Positions 60,982 through 64,000 of a DNA stretch of 64,000 nucleotides are shown piece by piece. Within the stretch, counting starts at the first letter, position 1. Each line of letters starts with the position of its first letter. The notes beneath the pieces are model-generated. The model was not told the DNA's origin, ran no database searches, and was given only the letters and a program-made list of their open reading frames with translations. Position numbers and translations under genes: made by a program. The DNA is from Reclinomonas americana ATCC 50394 (taxonomy: Eukaryota): positions 1,674,001 to 1,738,000 of the forward strand of contig PS015010.1 in NCBI GenBank assembly GCA_048213135.1. Direction: 5' to 3'.

Positions 60982-62994
60982 TTAATTGACAAACCCCCAC
61001 TGTATCCCGAACCTGAAAATAAAGCCCTGCGTGGGATAATGCGGCGCGGCGAAGTTATTATTGGTGAAGGCAAAACCATTGGCAAAGCTGACAGTATTCA
61101 GGTTTTCAGCGCGGATATAACCGGTGAAGGATTTAATACGGAAATGGAAGAAAGCCGCTACATCGGGCAGGTTCTTCAGTTTAACGGTATCCTGCGGCGT
61201 GAACTGTCCCATTACAGGAGAATAGTTATACCCTTCATAAGGTGTGTAATATCGTACTTCCAACCCGGCACTCATGAACAGGTTCTTAAAATAATTGCCT
61301 TCAAAAGCCAGCCGGTTGCGGGTATACAGCAAGGGCACTTTAACAGGTCCGCTGGCATCGGTTTGCTGCAGCGTGGCATCGAGGTACCAGTTGAGCGCAC
61401 GGGTGATCTTTGTTTTACGGGAAGCCCATACCTGCAGCAGGTTCACGACCTTACCCGACTGGGCGATATGGTAATAATCGGTGAAATAGGCCAGGTTGGC
61501 AATGATGTGGTTAGTCACCCCGAAACTTACAAAACGGTTGTTGGCCTCTGCGCCAAAAGAAGTAATATTCTCTTTTTTGCTGAGCGTAACACCGCTCAGG
61601 TTGAAAGAGGAATTGCTGTTAAAAATATAGGATGGTGTACGGTTCACATTTTTGAAGAAGATGCGCACACTGCCAAAAGTCTTATTCAGGTAACGCCCGA
61701 TACTGGCCTGGGCGCTGTAATCACCGCTGTTGAGCCCGTTCAGGTAAAACTCGCCTTTGGCCAGCACATCCCATAACCTGTTACGGGTTTTGTTGCGGTA
61801 TTCACCATGAAGCACCAGGTTATAATAATTTTTACTGCCGGATTTGAACGTACCTACAATATTCTGCACCGTTGCCCCTACCAGCAGAAACTGGGCGGAG
61901 TTCTTCGTATCGGGGAACTGCAGCAGGGAAAGATCGTTGCTGATGACCCGCCATTTATCCCGCACATATAATGTATCCTTTGAGTCGGGCAGGGTAATAT
62001 CATACCATTGCTTATAAATGACCGAATCGGCATTCACATCCTGGAAAAGATAATTGTAGTTGCTGTAGGTAAAGCTGTGCTGTATCCTCAGCTTGGGATA
62101 GAAAAGATATTCCGTGGTGGAATCATTCACCGCAACGGAATCCTTTTTACCAATATCATAACTCTGCCTGAGGAAGAAAGTAAAATCGCGGTAAATATTG
62201 CCTGTGCTCACGCTGGCCTGGAAAGGATTGGGCTGGTAAAGCGACGCTCCACCCAGGTTAACGGGTATGGTAAATCTTTTTTTACGGTTGGGGTCATCCA
62301 GCAGGGAGTCGGCCTGGATACCACCATTCTCCGAGTTCTTAAGGGTATTGCCCAGCATCACCACATAAGCCGCATATCGTTTACGCTTGCCCTGGTAGTT
62401 ACCAAAAATCCGGTAACTTTTATGGTTACTGTTCTGGGTTACAAAAAAACCGGGTGCACTCACCAGGCGGTAGTCAAAACCAAAACTGAAGTTGGGCCTT
62501 GGTGTTTGCGTGTGCAGCGCCCTGATCATTTGCTCTTTGCCCGAGGCCAGCTGGTAGCTGAGACGGGTGAAGGGCCTGTTGCTTTTATAGAATTTAGTCC
62601 CCTCCAGTTTGTAACGGTAAATGTCGTAAGCGTGAAAACCATCGTCCCACCCCGCCCGGGCATAAGGCTGGGCGATGATAGGATATGCCGCTGCCCCATT
62701 ATTACCGAGGTACTGATAATAAGAAGGTACAGAAAAATAAGCGTCGAAATCGTTGATGGAAGAATCGAGCGGAACACTGCGAACGGAATCGAGGTACCGG
62801 TAAGAAATGGCGGTGGAGTCCTTGCGGTCATCGCGGTGTTCAAAAGCCAGTGAATCCTTACGGGTACCTGATGGCCGCTTACCCGTATTCGAACGAATGG
62901 TTGGGTTGCCCGGCACATTCCGGAGTATTTCTTCCTGCGCAGCGGCGTGCTGCAGCAGTCCCGTTAAAACCAATAGCGTAAGCAGGTACTTCAT
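60982..62994 (-). CDS. Putative outer-membrane porin (Bacteroidota putative porin family)
   Basis: YLGNNG, PFTRLSY, ENGGI, and C-terminal FRFGIQWGFVN. Confidence 0.8.
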   Translation of the reverse strand: MKYLLTLLVLTGLLQHAAAQEEILRNVPGNPTIRSNTGKRPSGTRKDSLAFEHRDDRKDSTAISYRYLDSVRSVPLDSSINDFDAYFSVPSYYQYLGNNGAAAYPIIAQPYARAGWDDGFHAYDIYRYKLEGTKFYKSNRPFTRLSYQLASGKEQMIRALHTQTPRPNFSFGFDYRLVSAPGFFVTQNSNHKSYRIFGNYQGKRKRYAAYVVMLGNTLKNSENGGIQADSLLDDPNRKKRFTIPVNLGGASLYQPNPFQASVSTGNIYRDFTFFLRQSYDIGKKDSVAVNDSTTEYLFYPKLRIQHSFTYSNYNYLFQDVNADSVIYKQWYDITLPDSKDTLYVRDKWRVISNDLSLLQFPDTKNSAQFLLVGATVQNIVGTFKSGSKNYYNLVLHGEYRNKTRNRLWDVLAKGEFYLNGLNSGDYSAQASIGRYLNKTFGSVRIFFKNVNRTPSYIFNSNSSFNLSGVTLSKKENITSFGAEANNRFVSFGVTNHIIANLAYFTDYYHIAQSGKVVNLLQVWASRKTKITRALNWYLDATLQQTDASGPVKVPLLYTRNRLAFEGNYFKNLFMSAGLEVRYYTPYEGYNYSPVMGQFTPQDTVKLKNLPDVAAFFHFRIKSFTGYIRAENLNTVSFANGFAFTNNNFAAPHYPTQGFIFRFGIQWGFVN

Positions 62995-63001
62995 CAGTGA
63001 A

Positions 63002-63814
63002 TCACAATTGAGCGATCAGTTCTTTAAATATGCAGGTCAGTTTGGGTTCAGCGTCTTTGGCTGCCTGCAGCACTTCATCGTGGGTGATCTCGTTCTCTTC
63101 TTCACGTATACCAATGTCGGTGATCACGCTCATGGCAAATACAGGCAGTCCCATATGCACCGCGGCAATCACTTCCTGCACTGTACTCATCCCTACCGCG
63201 TCGCCACCAATAATGTGCAGCAGTTTATATTCCGCCCGGGTTTCAAAGGTTGGCCCGGTAACACCGCAGTATACGCCTTCTTTCACTTCTATATTATTGG
63301 CCGCGGCAATGGCTTTGGCTTTATTGATGAGGTCTTTGCGGTAGGGCTCGCTCATGTCCGGAAAACGGGGCCCGAGTTCAGGTATATTTTTGCCCAGCAA
63401 TGGATTAACCGCGAAAAAGCTCACATGATCCTTAATGATCATCAGGTCGCCCACTTTAAAACCCGTGTTCATACCGCCCGCCGCGTTGCTGATGAGGATG
63501 GTGGATATGCCCAGGAATTTCATCACCCTGATCGGGAAAACCACTTCTTCGGGTGAATACCCCTCGTAATAGTGGAAACGGCCCGCCATGGCGACTACCT
63601 TTTTTCCGCCCAGTTCGCCAAAGATCAGCTTACCGCTGTGTCCTTCTACTGTACTTACGGGAAAATGGGGTATTTCGCTGTAAGGGATCTCCTTTTCTAT
63701 ATTGATCTCACCGGTAAAACTGCCCAGCCCGCTGCCCAGTACAATGCCTGCCTGGGGCTTACCGCTGTAAATATTCTGTATATAAGATACGGCCTCCTGT
63801 ATTTTATTCATCAT
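63002..63814 (-). CDS. punA: Purine nucleoside phosphorylase (trimeric type)
   Basis: IVLGSGLG, STVEGH.G, GRFHYYEG, NAAGG, GPTFET.AE, VGMST. A TACCTTTG -7 box lies at 63835-63842. Confidence 0.95.
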   Translation of the reverse strand: MMNKIQEAVSYIQNIYSGKPQAGIVLGSGLGSFTGEINIEKEIPYSEIPHFPVSTVEGHSGKLIFGELGGKKVVAMAGRFHYYEGYSPEEVVFPIRVMKFLGISTILISNAAGGMNTGFKVGDLMIIKDHVSFFAVNPLLGKNIPELGPRFPDMSEPYRKDLINKAKAIAAANNIEVKEGVYCGVTGPTFETRAEYKLLHIIGGDAVGMSTVQEVIAAVHMGLPVFAMSVITDIGIREEENEITHDEVLQAAKDAEPKLTCIFKELIAQL

Positions 63815-63874
63815 AAGCGTGTATAATTTGCGTCCAAAGGTAAGGCAGATAATGTTAATGGGATGTTGGATTGC

Positions 63875-63993
63875 AATTACTAATTACGAATTACCAATTA
63901 CGAATCCCTTTGATTTAAGGCTGATTTTCACAAATTCCTCCCCTGAACAAGGCATTGCCGGTAACTGTAATTAGTAATTCGTAATCAGTAATT
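63875..63993. repeat. Inverted pair of AATTAC 7-mer tracts
   Basis: aattact aattacg aattacc aattacg ... gtaatta gtaattc gtaatca gtaatt. Confidence 0.75.
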
Positions 63994-64000
63994 ATCTATC

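Overview
This 64 kb window is a gene-dense Bacteroidota chromosome segment, most consistent with Chitinophagaceae. The evidence is TAnnTTTG -7 promoters, signal peptides cleaved before Gln, a T9SS type-B CTD adhesin and a NagB-PIG-L fusion. It mixes housekeeping genes (dnaK, argS, pfkA, pyk, nagB, trmH, malQ, purine nucleoside phosphorylase) with many secreted peptidases/hydrolases, small secreted orphans and a metal-homeostasis cluster. I saw no rRNA, tRNA, CRISPR array, integrase or intact transposase. Most notable: (1) a lipoprotein protein-glutaminase translationally coupled to a separate secreted protein resembling a free-standing copy of the glutaminase pro-domain (candidate enzyme/trans-inhibitor pair); (2) a consensus sigma54 -24/-12 promoter in front of dnaK, preceded by nine GGTTGACATCTC-type boxes, mostly at 20-bp period; (3) a 466-aa lipoprotein with cytochrome P460-like motifs; (4) pervasive intergenic 7-bp tandem repeats of several sequence families, often as mirrored inverted pairs; (5) a GATase/ATP-grasp/CHAD-like gene trio; (6) a lipoprotein gene split by a poly-A frameshift, a 52-aa membrane ORF missing from the ORF track, a MITE/REP-like element, and a TetX-family monooxygenase at the left edge. 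All family calls come from motif recognition by eye; no database searches were run.
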